DNA of 64,000 nt from Dehalococcoidia bacterium (GTDB taxonomy: Bacteria; Chloroflexota; Dehalococcoidia; Plut-88900): positions 1,760,001-1,824,000 of the forward strand of contig OZ240219.1 of assembly GCA_965197645.1 (NCBI GenBank), written 5' to 3'. The position numbers were made by a program, and so were the translations under genes. The notes under the pieces are model-generated. The model had not been told where the DNA came from. It was given only the letters and a program-made list of their open reading frames with translations, and searched no databases. This document shows, piece after piece, positions 28,131-36,259 of the stretch; within the stretch, counting starts at the first letter, position 1, and every line of letters begins with the position of its first letter.

Positions 28131-29173
28131 ATTTTCTTATCCTCGGGTTCCCCGGCGGAGGTGAAGTGCTCCCAGCCACCCTTAGTCCTGGGCACCTCAC
28201 GGCCCTGGCCATCGACCAGGGTTACCTGTCCAGGATATCCAGCTAGTAATTCGCCGATTATCGTGACTGGGGTACTGCATTCCCGTTTGACCCCTTCCAG
28301 GACCGCTTCGTCGGCTGCGAATAGCAGCTCGTAGTCCTCGCCTCCCGAGAGAGCCAACTCCAGGGCCTGATCGCCGAAGGCACTCTTAACATAAGGATGG
28401 ATTGGGATGCAGTCGATGTTGATCTTGGCGGATACGCCGCTGGCGGCACACATCTTGGGAAGGTCTGCCATGAGACCATCGCTGAGGTCCATGGCGTTCG
28501 CGACTCCTTTCGATAGAAGGAGCCGGCCTTCCGCCAGCCGGGGAACGGGACGATTGTGAGAGGCGGCTAGACCCTCCGAGAGTTCAACTTCCTTCTCGCT
28601 GCTGTCCAGCAGCAACTTCAACCCCGCCCCCGAGCTCCCCAGGTTGCCGGTAACCGCGATCTTTTGGCCGGGTCTCCCACTAGACCGGTTAAGAACGTTG
28701 TCCGGATGGGATCCGCCGCCGGAGGCCTGACCGATCAACGTTACTGTTAGCACCAGGGCCGGTCCGCTGACCGTGTCCCCTCCTATCACCTTGCATCCGT
28801 ACTTCCCACAGATGTCCGCCATACCCCTGTAGAGCTCGGCGACGGATCCTACATCGGTATCTGCGGTCAGGCACATCGACACCACCGCGTATCGAGGGAT
28901 GCCGCCCATGGCTGCAATGTCACTGAGGTTGATAGCGATGACCTTCCAGCCCAGGTCACGCCAGCTGATGATGTCGAGCCGGAAGTGGACGTTCTCCACC
29001 ATCGTGTCCGTGGTCACCAGCTGATCGGTCTCGGGAGGGCGCCACACGGCGGCGTCGTCGCCTATGGAGATGAGGACCTCGGGCTCGTCGGCAGCCGCAA
29101 CCCCGACCGGGCCCAGGGCCTCGGCAATGTGCTCGATCAGCGCGACCTCGCCCAACTCGGATATTTTCATCAT
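28127..29173 (-). CDS. thiL: Thiamine-monophosphate kinase
   Basis: GDDAAV, NLSDIAAMGG, GGDT, DLSDGL, GGEDYEL. Confidence 0.94.
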   Translation of the reverse strand: MMKISELGEVALIEHIAEALGPVGVAAADEPEVLISIGDDAAVWRPPETDQLVTTDTMVENVHFRLDIISWRDLGWKVIAINLSDIAAMGGIPRYAVVSMCLTADTDVGSVAELYRGMADICGKYGCKVIGGDTVSGPALVLTVTLIGQASGGGSHPDNVLNRSSGRPGQKIAVTGNLGSSGAGLKLLLDSSEKEVELSEGLAASHNRPVPRLAEGRLLLSKGVANAMDLSDGLMADLPKMCAASGVSAKINIDCIPIHPYVKSAFGDQALELALSGGEDYELLFAADEAVLEGVKRECSTPVTIIGELLAGYPGQVTLVDGQGREVPRTKGGWEHFTSAGEPEDKKI

Positions 29174-29326
29174 CTGATTACAAGGGGGCCCCGGGCATCT
29201 AAGAGATTATAACCAGCCCGCTGGCATCGAACAGATTATAACCAGACCCTCAGCTGAGCCACAATAAACGCCAGTGGTCAGTCAAAGGCCAAGCTGTTAT
29301 ATTTTGACCGATATCTTCCGCCGGAG

Positions 29327-30070
29327 GTGTTGGTGCGCGCAGCCATTCTTGCCGACATCCACAGCAACATCGAGGCCCTTCAGGCCGTTCTTAGCGACGC
29401 AGCGAACCGGGGCGATGTGGACGAAGTGTGGGCGCTGGGAGACGTGGTCGGCTACGGGCCCGACCCGGTCGAGTGCATTGCCCTGCTGGATGGCTACGAA
29501 TATACCTGTGTGGCCGGCAACCACGATTGGGCGGCGATAGGCAAGATCGATGCGACCCTGTTCAACCCCTACGCCGAGGCTGCGGCCCGCTGGACCGGAA
29601 ACCAGCTTTCGGAGAAAGAGGCCGGCTTCCTGGAGCGGCTTCCGACCAGAGTAACCAAGGGGAGTTTCACCCTGGTGCACGGCAGTCCTCGGGACCCCAT
29701 CTGGGAGTACTTCCTTTCCGAGACGGTGGCGCTGGCCAGCCTGGAGCATTTCGATACCCCCTACTGCCTCGTCGGCCACTCCCACATACCCTTCATCTGC
29801 GAGGTGGACGGGTCTTCGATGCGCTGTACCTTCCGGGAGTTTCCCGAGGGTGTGCCGATTCAGCTCGGCGAGGAACGGCTGGTCATCAACCCCGGCGGTG
29901 TGGGACAGCCCAGGGACGGCATACCGACCGCCAGCTACGCCATCTACGATGGCTCCAATGACTCGATTTGCCGGTACCGAGTGGAGTACGATATTCCCAA
30001 GACCCAGGAGAAGATGCTTCGCGCCGGCCTCCCTGACAAGTTGGCCGCAAGGCTGTCCCACGGTCGTTGA
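29327..30070 (+). CDS. Calcineurin-like metallophosphoesterase
   Basis: DIHSN, GDVVGYG, GNHD, HGSP, GHSH, NPGGVGQPRDG. Confidence 0.9.
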   Translation: MLVRAAILADIHSNIEALQAVLSDAANRGDVDEVWALGDVVGYGPDPVECIALLDGYEYTCVAGNHDWAAIGKIDATLFNPYAEAAARWTGNQLSEKEAGFLERLPTRVTKGSFTLVHGSPRDPIWEYFLSETVALASLEHFDTPYCLVGHSHIPFICEVDGSSMRCTFREFPEGVPIQLGEERLVINPGGVGQPRDGIPTASYAIYDGSNDSICRYRVEYDIPKTQEKMLRAGLPDKLAARLSHGR

Positions 30071-30119
30071 ACAGGCACTCTCCCGTTGCTATAATGCATC
30101 CGTTCCCCGGCCCTAACGT

Positions 30120-31118
30120 GTGCTGAAAGGAGTCGCTGTGGGAGAGATAAAGGTAGCTTACGACTTCCCCATATCCGACGAATACCTGGCCAGGCTGCAA
30201 GCCGTGTCCCCCGATGTTCGACTCGTCGACCTGATAGGCGCGTCCAGCGAGGCGGTGGACGCCGGACTCAAGAACGCGGAGGTCCTCTACACCGCCGAGC
30301 CTCCAACCGGACTCGTCGAGCGTGCTCCCAACCTGAAGTGGCTGCAGTATGTGTGGGACGGGATAGACCTGGGAGTAGGGCCGGACATACTGGAGTCGCC
30401 CATAGGGGTAACCAACGCTCGACAGCTGGGGGCTCTTTGCATCGCCGAGTGGGTCCTGATGGTCATGCTCATGTTCAGCAAGAAGGCGCTGGATTTCACG
30501 CAGGACTGGCGGGACAAGGACTGGCGCAAGTCTCACGGGGACTTCTACTTCCTTTGGGAGCTCAAGGGCAAGACGGTGGGGGTCGTGGGGCTGGGCGCGA
30601 TAGGAGACGACGTGGCTCGCCTCTCCAAGGCCTTCGGCATGCGGGTACTGGCTACGCGGCGGTCGGCTACCAAGAGGCAGACCTCGGTGGGGAACGTAGA
30701 CCAGCTGTACCCGGCTTCGGAGCTGGACGAGGTGCTCAAGCAGAGCGATTTCGTGGTCGTGTGTGTCCCGCTGACCAAGGAGACGGAAAAGCTCATCGGC
30801 GAAAGAGAGCTGGGGCTGATGAGAAAGGACGCCTATATAATCAACATCGCCCGTGGCCAGATTATCGACGAGCCGGTGTTGGCCAAGGCTCTTCGGGAAG
30901 GCTGGATAGCCGGGGCAGCGCTGGACGTGTTTGAGGTCGAACCCCTCTCATCAGACAGTGAGCTGTACGACCTGCCCAACGTCATCGGCGCCCATCACAT
31001 AACCGGGGACGTGGACGTGTACGGCGATCGTATAGCTGATCTGTTCGCCCGGAATCTTGAGAGGTACGTCAAAGGCGAGGACTTCATCAACCTGGTAGAC
31101 AAGGAGCTGGGATACTAG
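30120..31118 (+). CDS. D-2-hydroxyacid dehydrogenase
   Basis: GLGAIG, NIARG, ALDVFEVEPL motifs. Confidence 0.9.
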   Translation: MLKGVAVGEIKVAYDFPISDEYLARLQAVSPDVRLVDLIGASSEAVDAGLKNAEVLYTAEPPTGLVERAPNLKWLQYVWDGIDLGVGPDILESPIGVTNARQLGALCIAEWVLMVMLMFSKKALDFTQDWRDKDWRKSHGDFYFLWELKGKTVGVVGLGAIGDDVARLSKAFGMRVLATRRSATKRQTSVGNVDQLYPASELDEVLKQSDFVVVCVPLTKETEKLIGERELGLMRKDAYIINIARGQIIDEPVLAKALREGWIAGAALDVFEVEPLSSDSELYDLPNVIGAHHITGDVDVYGDRIADLFARNLERYVKGEDFINLVDKELGY

Positions 31119-31157
31119 CACGAACATCGGACACGATGTCCCGGTGAGGAGGACAAT

Positions 31158-31343
31158 ATGCCCAACGTAACTATAGAGATGTATCCCGGTCGGACCAAGG
31201 CCCAGAAGGCGGAGCTGGCCCGGGTAATCACCGACGCCATGGCCAGCATCGCCAAGACTGACCCGGACGCCGTGCAGATAATCTTCCGAGAGATAACGAC
31301 GGAGGACTGGTCCTTCGGAGGCACCTTGGCGGCGGACAGGTAG
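31158..31343 (+). CDS. 4-oxalocrotonate tautomerase family protein
   Basis: Met-Pro start, GRTKAQKAEL, WSFGG; 61 aa; RBS AGGAGG. Confidence 0.9.
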   Translation: MPNVTIEMYPGRTKAQKAELARVITDAMASIAKTDPDAVQIIFREITTEDWSFGGTLAADR

Positions 31344-31394
31344 CCTCGTTTCACTGATGCCGGGTGGGGTTCGCACGTCGCCTCACAGGTCTGT

Positions 31395-33128
31395 TTACTG
31401 GTCTCTTGCAGAAGGATATGGGACAGAGGGCATCTTACCTCGGCGTGCTATACTCGATGGGCCACCCGTTACCGGGGCCGCTAGCTCAATTTGGAAGAGC
31501 AACTGACTCTTAATCAGTAGGTTCAGGGTTCGAGTCCCTGGCGGCCCACCATCGGGTAAAGTAGATAGAACAGACCCGTTCAGGGCCACGTTTTCGGCGG
31601 CTCTCCCAGGTATCGAGCTGTCGTCTGGCATAGGGACTGTGTATCTGAGCAGGGCGTCGCCGGGCACGACGACGATCTCCTTGATAAAGGACTGGATGAA
31701 GGCCCTGCGCTCGGTCAGTTCGCTCTCCTTCAGGAAGTCCTTCATGTCCTTGGCGTAGGCCGCGATGGTGTTCACGTCGTCGAGGACCTTCCGGCGCTGG
31801 GCCAGGACCGCCCTCGCCTGCTCAGCGAAATACTCCAGACGCTCCTGCCGCTCTCGGTGCTCCCTGATGCGGTCGGAGGCGTCGGCCATAACGGCGTCGG
31901 ATGTCTCTATGAAGTGCCAGATGCGGCCCAGCTTCCGCTTCACCTCTTCAAGCTCATCCTCAATGGTCTCCAGCCTCTTGCGCTGCTCTCGGGTCACACC
32001 GTCCATCTCCTCGGCCACCCCCTTGACCAGATCTCGGATGTTGCCCTCAGTGAGAATGTTGGAGCGAATCTTGTTGACCACCAGCTCCTCGAAGCGGCGG
32101 GCGTTGAGCGTGGGAGTCTCGCAGGCGTCCCTGCCGAGCTTGATGTTCGACTGGCAGACGTAGTAGGAGTACTTGCCGCTCTGGGCGAACCGGCCGATGA
32201 GCGGCGTGTTGCACGTCTTGCACTTGGCGAGGCCGCTGAGCAGGTAGGAGCTTCCGACTCTTCGCGGGTGGCTGAACTTGGGTGCGCGGGAGCCCAGATG
32301 CTTCCCGACGCGCTGCAACTGCGCCCTGGTGATGATGGCGGGAAACGCCTTCTCCACCCGCACCGGGTCGGCGTTGTCCTTGGCGTTCGCGCCCCAGACC
32401 AGTGTGCCCGTGTACGCCTCGTTGGTGAGGATGTTGTGGACGCTGGTCCTGGCCCAGAGCTTACCCCTGGGACTGGCGATGCCCTCGTTGTTGAGGGTGC
32501 GGATGATTTCGAGCGTCCCGTTTCCGGCCTCCGCCATGTCGTACATGCGCTTGACGGTGGGAGCCACATCGGGGTCGATCTCCAGGGTGGGCCTCTTTTT
32601 GGGACCGTCCTGCACCATGACCCGGTTGTAGCCGTAAGGGGCGTGGCTGGAAATCCAGAAGCCTCTCGACGCGGCTTCCCGCATCCCCCGCGTAACCTCC
32701 TGGGCAAGATTCTCGCTGTAGAATTCGTCCACGCTCTCGATGATGGCCTCCATGAGCTTGCCCGTCGGTGTGTCGTCGGCGTGCTCGGTGATGGAGACGA
32801 CGCGGACGCCCTTACGCCTGAGCATGGACTTGAAGGCGACGGCGTGCTCGCGCTTGCGGGTGAAGCGGCTGAACTTCCAGACAAGGATTTCCTTGAAGGG
32901 GGCCGTGGTCCTGCTGGCCTCGTCGATCATCTTGCGGAACTGCGGGCGGTCGGCGATGCGGCCGCTCTCGGCCTCGTCCACGAACTCTCCGACGACCATG
33001 TAGCCGTTCTTGCGGGCGTGGTCTCGGAGCGCCCTGAGCTGTGCGGAAACGGACAGGTCCACGTCCTGGCGGTCGCTGGAGACTCTGGCATAGAGGGCCA
33101 CTGGTGTGCAGTCGTGTCGTTCAGCCAT
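31395..33128 (-). CDS. Large serine recombinase (integrase); C-terminal ~51 codons read antisense through tRNA-Lys
   Basis: MAERHDCTPVALYARVSSDRQ (catalytic Ser), SRFTR, recombinase domain YTG, zinc ribbon LLSGLAKCKTC..YYVC, coiled coil; RBS GGAGG before ATG 33128. Confidence 0.92.
   Translation of the reverse strand: MAERHDCTPVALYARVSSDRQDVDLSVSAQLRALRDHARKNGYMVVGEFVDEAESGRIADRPQFRKMIDEASRTTAPFKEILVWKFSRFTRKREHAVAFKSMLRRKGVRVVSITEHADDTPTGKLMEAIIESVDEFYSENLAQEVTRGMREAASRGFWISSHAPYGYNRVMVQDGPKKRPTLEIDPDVAPTVKRMYDMAEAGNGTLEIIRTLNNEGIASPRGKLWARTSVHNILTNEAYTGTLVWGANAKDNADPVRVEKAFPAIITRAQLQRVGKHLGSRAPKFSHPRRVGSSYLLSGLAKCKTCNTPLIGRFAQSGKYSYYVCQSNIKLGRDACETPTLNARRFEELVVNKIRSNILTEGNIRDLVKGVAEEMDGVTREQRKRLETIEDELEEVKRKLGRIWHFIETSDAVMADASDRIREHRERQERLEYFAEQARAVLAQRRKVLDDVNTIAAYAKDMKDFLKESELTERRAFIQSFIKEIVVVPGDALLRYTVPMPDDSSIPGRAAENVALNGSVLSTLPDGGPPGTRTLNLLIKSQLLFQIELAAPVTGGPSSIARRGKMPSVPYPSARDQ
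31475..31551 (+). tRNA. tRNA-Lys (CTT)
   Basis: GGGCCGC/GCGGCCC acceptor stem, ACTGA-CTCTTAA-TCAGT anticodon arm, GTTCGAG T-loop, encoded CCA. Confidence 0.95.
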
Positions 33129-33205
33129 TCGTCTACCCTCCTTCTCTACGTCCTGTCCGGTCCGTCCATCCCTCGGCCCGGCGCCCGCCCAAAGCCAGGG
33201 GCGGC

Positions 33206-34042
33206 TCACACGCCGCAGTGACCCTCGCACTCGTTCCCGAACCCGTCCGCCTGCCCTCCGGCTCCCAAGACCGCCTCGTCGAGGTCGACCGCCTCGGCCA
33301 AGGGCATGCGAAGCATGTGCAGGTATGGGGTCTTGTCCAAGGCGAGCCCTTCTCGCAGGTTTGCGTCGATCTCCACCGCCTCGGCGAACAGCCCCGGCCA
33401 CCGGCGCTTCGCCTCCACCCAACGCTGGCGTGACTGGAAGGGGCAGGCGACGCAGGCCGAGCGTTCCAGGGGCCTGTCGTAGCGGGCCGCCCACCAGTCG
33501 GCGCAGTCGCTGCGGGACATGCCCGCCTCGATGAGCGGGTAGCGGTTCGTCATCCAACGGTCCCGGGAATCTTTCATGCGCATGGCCTCGTCGGTGGAGA
33601 TGCCGAGCCACAGCTCGACCGTCGTTCCGGCGGGGACACGCTGGCGGGGCCGCAAACCCAGCAGCTCCCGTATCCTGCGGCGGATGGGTCTGATCTTGTA
33701 GTTGGTGGTGCACTGGCGTCTGCCGATGCCGTCGCCCTGCCCGTCGCGCCCCTTGAGGTAGACGGGAATGTCCACGTAGCTGCGTGAGCCGGAGTGGTTG
33801 GTGAGGGCCTTCACGTCCTCGCGGAGGCTGCGCCCGTTGTCCACGACGTGCAGGGGGAAACGGAGCTGCCCGGCAAGCCATTCGATGTGCTCGTAGACGC
33901 TGGGCGGCTCCCAATGGGTGTCGGCGAAGATGGCGCAGTCCGGCACCCAGTCGAACGCGCCCTCGCTTGCCATGAGCGCCATGACGGAGGACTGGACGCC
34001 TCCGCCGAGGCTGAGGACGGTCAGGGTCGGATGCGAATTCAT
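33206..34042 (-). CDS. PAPS-reductase-like / adenine nucleotide alpha-hydrolase superfamily protein (phage type)
   Basis: SLGGGVQSS PP-loop, FADT, RQCT..YKI, GIS.DE..R, SACVACPF, Cys-rich ECEGHCGV tail. Confidence 0.7.
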   Translation of the reverse strand: MNSHPTLTVLSLGGGVQSSVMALMASEGAFDWVPDCAIFADTHWEPPSVYEHIEWLAGQLRFPLHVVDNGRSLREDVKALTNHSGSRSYVDIPVYLKGRDGQGDGIGRRQCTTNYKIRPIRRRIRELLGLRPRQRVPAGTTVELWLGISTDEAMRMKDSRDRWMTNRYPLIEAGMSRSDCADWWAARYDRPLERSACVACPFQSRQRWVEAKRRWPGLFAEAVEIDANLREGLALDKTPYLHMLRMPLAEAVDLDEAVLGAGGQADGFGNECEGHCGV

Positions 34043-34254
34043 CAGCTCGCCTCCTCGCCGCCGTCGGGCGCAGCCTCGGGCAAGGGCGACGCGTCCCCGC
34101 GCTTGCGCATGTAGGAGCGGATGGCGACCTTTGCCCAGATGCGCAGGCCCTTGCGGAACATCCTCCGCTGCTCCGGGGTATAGGCCGCCGGGCCGTCCTC
34201 TCCTGACTGTTGTGTTCGTTCTGTGCGGTGGTATCTTTCATGTTGCGTAGTCAC
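34042..34254 (-). CDS. Small hypothetical protein of the element
   Basis: 70-aa ORF whose stop overlaps the next ATG; YTPEQRRMFRKGLRIWAKVAIRSY helix. Confidence 0.55.
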   Translation of the reverse strand: MTTQHERYHRTERTQQSGEDGPAAYTPEQRRMFRKGLRIWAKVAIRSYMRKRGDASPLPEAAPDGGEEAS

Positions 34255-34400
34255 AGCGGCGTCTGCTGGGCCGCTGGCCTCTCATTACGGGATTGCGGCT
34301 GGGCCGCCGGCGCCGACGGAACGGGCGGGCGCCGGCGGCATCCAGCCGTCTCAGACCCCGCCGTGCCGCCGTTGCGCCTGCGCCCGGCGGGGCCGCTCGT

Positions 34401-34730
34401 CTAGCTGTGCTCCTTGAAGAAGCTCATCTGGAAGCTCTCGGTCACGAGGATCGCCATGCCTCCGGGCATCCGAGCTGCGAAGCGGAAGAGGGCGTGCATG
34501 GCCCAGCCGCGGGGCTCGACGCCGTTGCGCCACCGGTGGACCAGCTTGGGGTCCACGCCGATGGCCCTGGCGAAGGCGGCCCACGTGAGGCCGCTGACCT
34601 CGTGCAGCCGTTCGAGGCGCTTGGGGAAGTCCTCGGCCAGCACGGCGGCCTGGAGGGCCAGGTCCTGTTCCTCGTCGAAGGTCTGTTCCGTGATCCCGTC
34701 GAAACGGGACGAATCGTTATGGTTCGTCAT
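34401..34730 (-). CDS. XRE-like helix-turn-helix protein
   Basis: DFPKRLERLHEVSGLTWAAFARAIGVDPKLVHRWRNG. Confidence 0.8.
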   Translation of the reverse strand: MTNHNDSSRFDGITEQTFDEEQDLALQAAVLAEDFPKRLERLHEVSGLTWAAFARAIGVDPKLVHRWRNGVEPRGWAMHALFRFAARMPGGMAILVTESFQMSFFKEHS

Positions 34731-34896
34731 CTCTATCCTCCATAGTGAAAAGTTGGTCGAAGTCGTCGAAACCCAGGGCCCTGAGCATCCGGCGGCGAAT
34801 GCGACCGGAGGGTGTGCGCCCCGCGTTGACCAGCATCGAGATGTAGCCGGGGCTGACCCCGACCTCCCTGGCGAGCCAGTTCTGGGAGCTGTTCAG
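34717..34896 (-). pseudogene. 5'-truncated XRE HTH gene
   Basis: LNSSQNWLAREVGVSPGYISMLVNAGRTPSGRIRRRMLRALG...; no start codon, in-frame TAG at 34900-34902. Confidence 0.7.
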
Positions 34897-35119
34897 CCCC
34901 TACACCGGCTGGCGCTGGTACATCACCGAGTGGGACCCGGAGACGGGAACGTGCTTCGGCCTCGTCGAGGGGTTCGAGGTGGAGCTGGGCTACTTTGACC
35001 TGACCGAGTTGGCTGAGGTAACCGTGTTCGGCAGCGTCCCCGCCGTGGAGCGCGACCTGTACTGGGAGCCGCAGACCCTCGGCGAGATCAGGAGGCAGTC
35101 GTCGGGGATTGCGGCCTAG
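34889..35119 (+). pseudogene. 5'-truncated DUF2958-like gene
   Basis: LFSPYTGWRWYITEWDPETGTCFGLVEGFEVELGYFDLTEL...VERDLYWEPQTL; no start codon in frame after TAG at 34844. Confidence 0.7.
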
Positions 35120-35170
35120 CGAACGGCCCACATAAACGCAGTCGAAGAAGAATCAAGGAAAGGAGACACC

Positions 35171-35653
35171 ATGCCTGACGAGAATGGAACGGAAGCAACC
35201 CGCTCGGATGCGCCGAGCACGGACGGGAGTCTCTTCGGCGAAGCGGCGGACGACACGGGAGCCGCTGTTGCCGACGAGCAGGACGCCAACAAGGAGCCCG
35301 ACCGCGAGGAACAAGCTCCTGATGACGCAGAGGAGCAAGCCGGTCAGCCGGAGGATCTGAAAGTCGTCGTGTCCGTCAAGGACGGCAAGGCCACCATCGG
35401 GGTGCAACAGCCCTCGTCCGACCCGCACATCGAGTCCTTCGACGACGCTGACCTCCCCGGCCTGACACAGGAGGTGCCGGCGGTGGTCGACCGGGCGAGA
35501 GCCAAATGGGAGGAAACACCCAAGCATCCGGCCCACGAGAGACCCGCTCCCACTCCCAGGGGCCGGAACCGGCGTGGGCAAGCTGCGGCTCAGGCCGAGA
35601 CGGCCGAGGGAGGGGCAGAGCAGCAGCAACCCGAGACGCTGAGGCTGTTCTAG
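35171..35653 (+). CDS. Hypothetical acidic protein of the element
   Basis: RBS AGGAG, ATG; low-complexity acidic N-terminus, beta-rich core DLKVVVSVKDGKATIGVQ, ends TLRLF. Confidence 0.65.
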   Translation: MPDENGTEATRSDAPSTDGSLFGEAADDTGAAVADEQDANKEPDREEQAPDDAEEQAGQPEDLKVVVSVKDGKATIGVQQPSSDPHIESFDDADLPGLTQEVPAVVDRARAKWEETPKHPAHERPAPTPRGRNRRGQAAAQAETAEGGAEQQQPETLRLF

Positions 35654-35823
35654 GGGCCGAGTCGAGATGGCTCGGACACATCATCGCAGTCGGCGCGGGA
35701 CGCTGACCGCAGTAGCAGGGGGAGGTCGTCGCAACGGCGACGGCTTTCCCCTGCCCAGCCATGTATGTGGCCTTTTTGCATTTCGGCCGCTGTGGTCGCG
35801 GGCCGCTTCCCCGGCAAGCCGGC

Positions 35824-36069
35824 TCAGCCGGTGAACAGGTGACCGAGGCCCAGGTCGTCTGCCAGGTCCTGAAGCGCCTTCAAATGCCGATAGTTGGGCC
35901 GCACTCCTCGCTGCCACCAACGCCTTACGGTGACGGGATCGACGCCGAGACGACGGGCGATCTCCACCCATGACAGGCCGGATGCGTGCTTGAACCACAC
36001 CAGCCGTTGTGGGAAGTCGTCTGGGAAGTCGCGGGGCTTTCTCCTGTACTGCGTGCGCTGTCGAGGCAT
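35824..36069 (-). CDS. XRE-like helix-turn-helix protein (paralog of 34401-34730)
   Basis: FPDDFPQRLVWFKHASGLSWVEIARRLGVDPVTVRRW; ATG at 36069. Confidence 0.8.
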   Translation of the reverse strand: MPRQRTQYRRKPRDFPDDFPQRLVWFKHASGLSWVEIARRLGVDPVTVRRWWQRGVRPNYRHLKALQDLADDLGLGHLFTG

Positions 36070-36259
36070 AGCGCGAATCCTTGTCACGGACGACCACAAT
36101 CCCCTCCGCGACGGGGCGTCCAAGCCGTCAAGCAAACCCGCTCTCTAGCGGCCTCGAAGCTCCGACGTATCCGGCACGGGAGAGGCCGCCGCCCTCCCCC
36201 GGCGATCCGTACGCGGGCTTTTCTTGTTGCCAGTAAGACCGAGCGATTGACTTCCCGCT

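Noticed and set aside
21748-29290. TPP riboswitch upstream of thiE or thiL
   Set aside because: No convincing GCTGAGA...CCTGA...ATGC.GCG.AGG core in the correct orientation in either leader.
33129-34241. 948-aa ORF suggesting a recombinase with a 370-aa N-terminal extension
   Set aside because: The extension is an Arg/Pro/Gly-rich off-frame shadow of the PAPS-reductase-like gene; a good RBS and ATG precede the YARVS domain at 33128.
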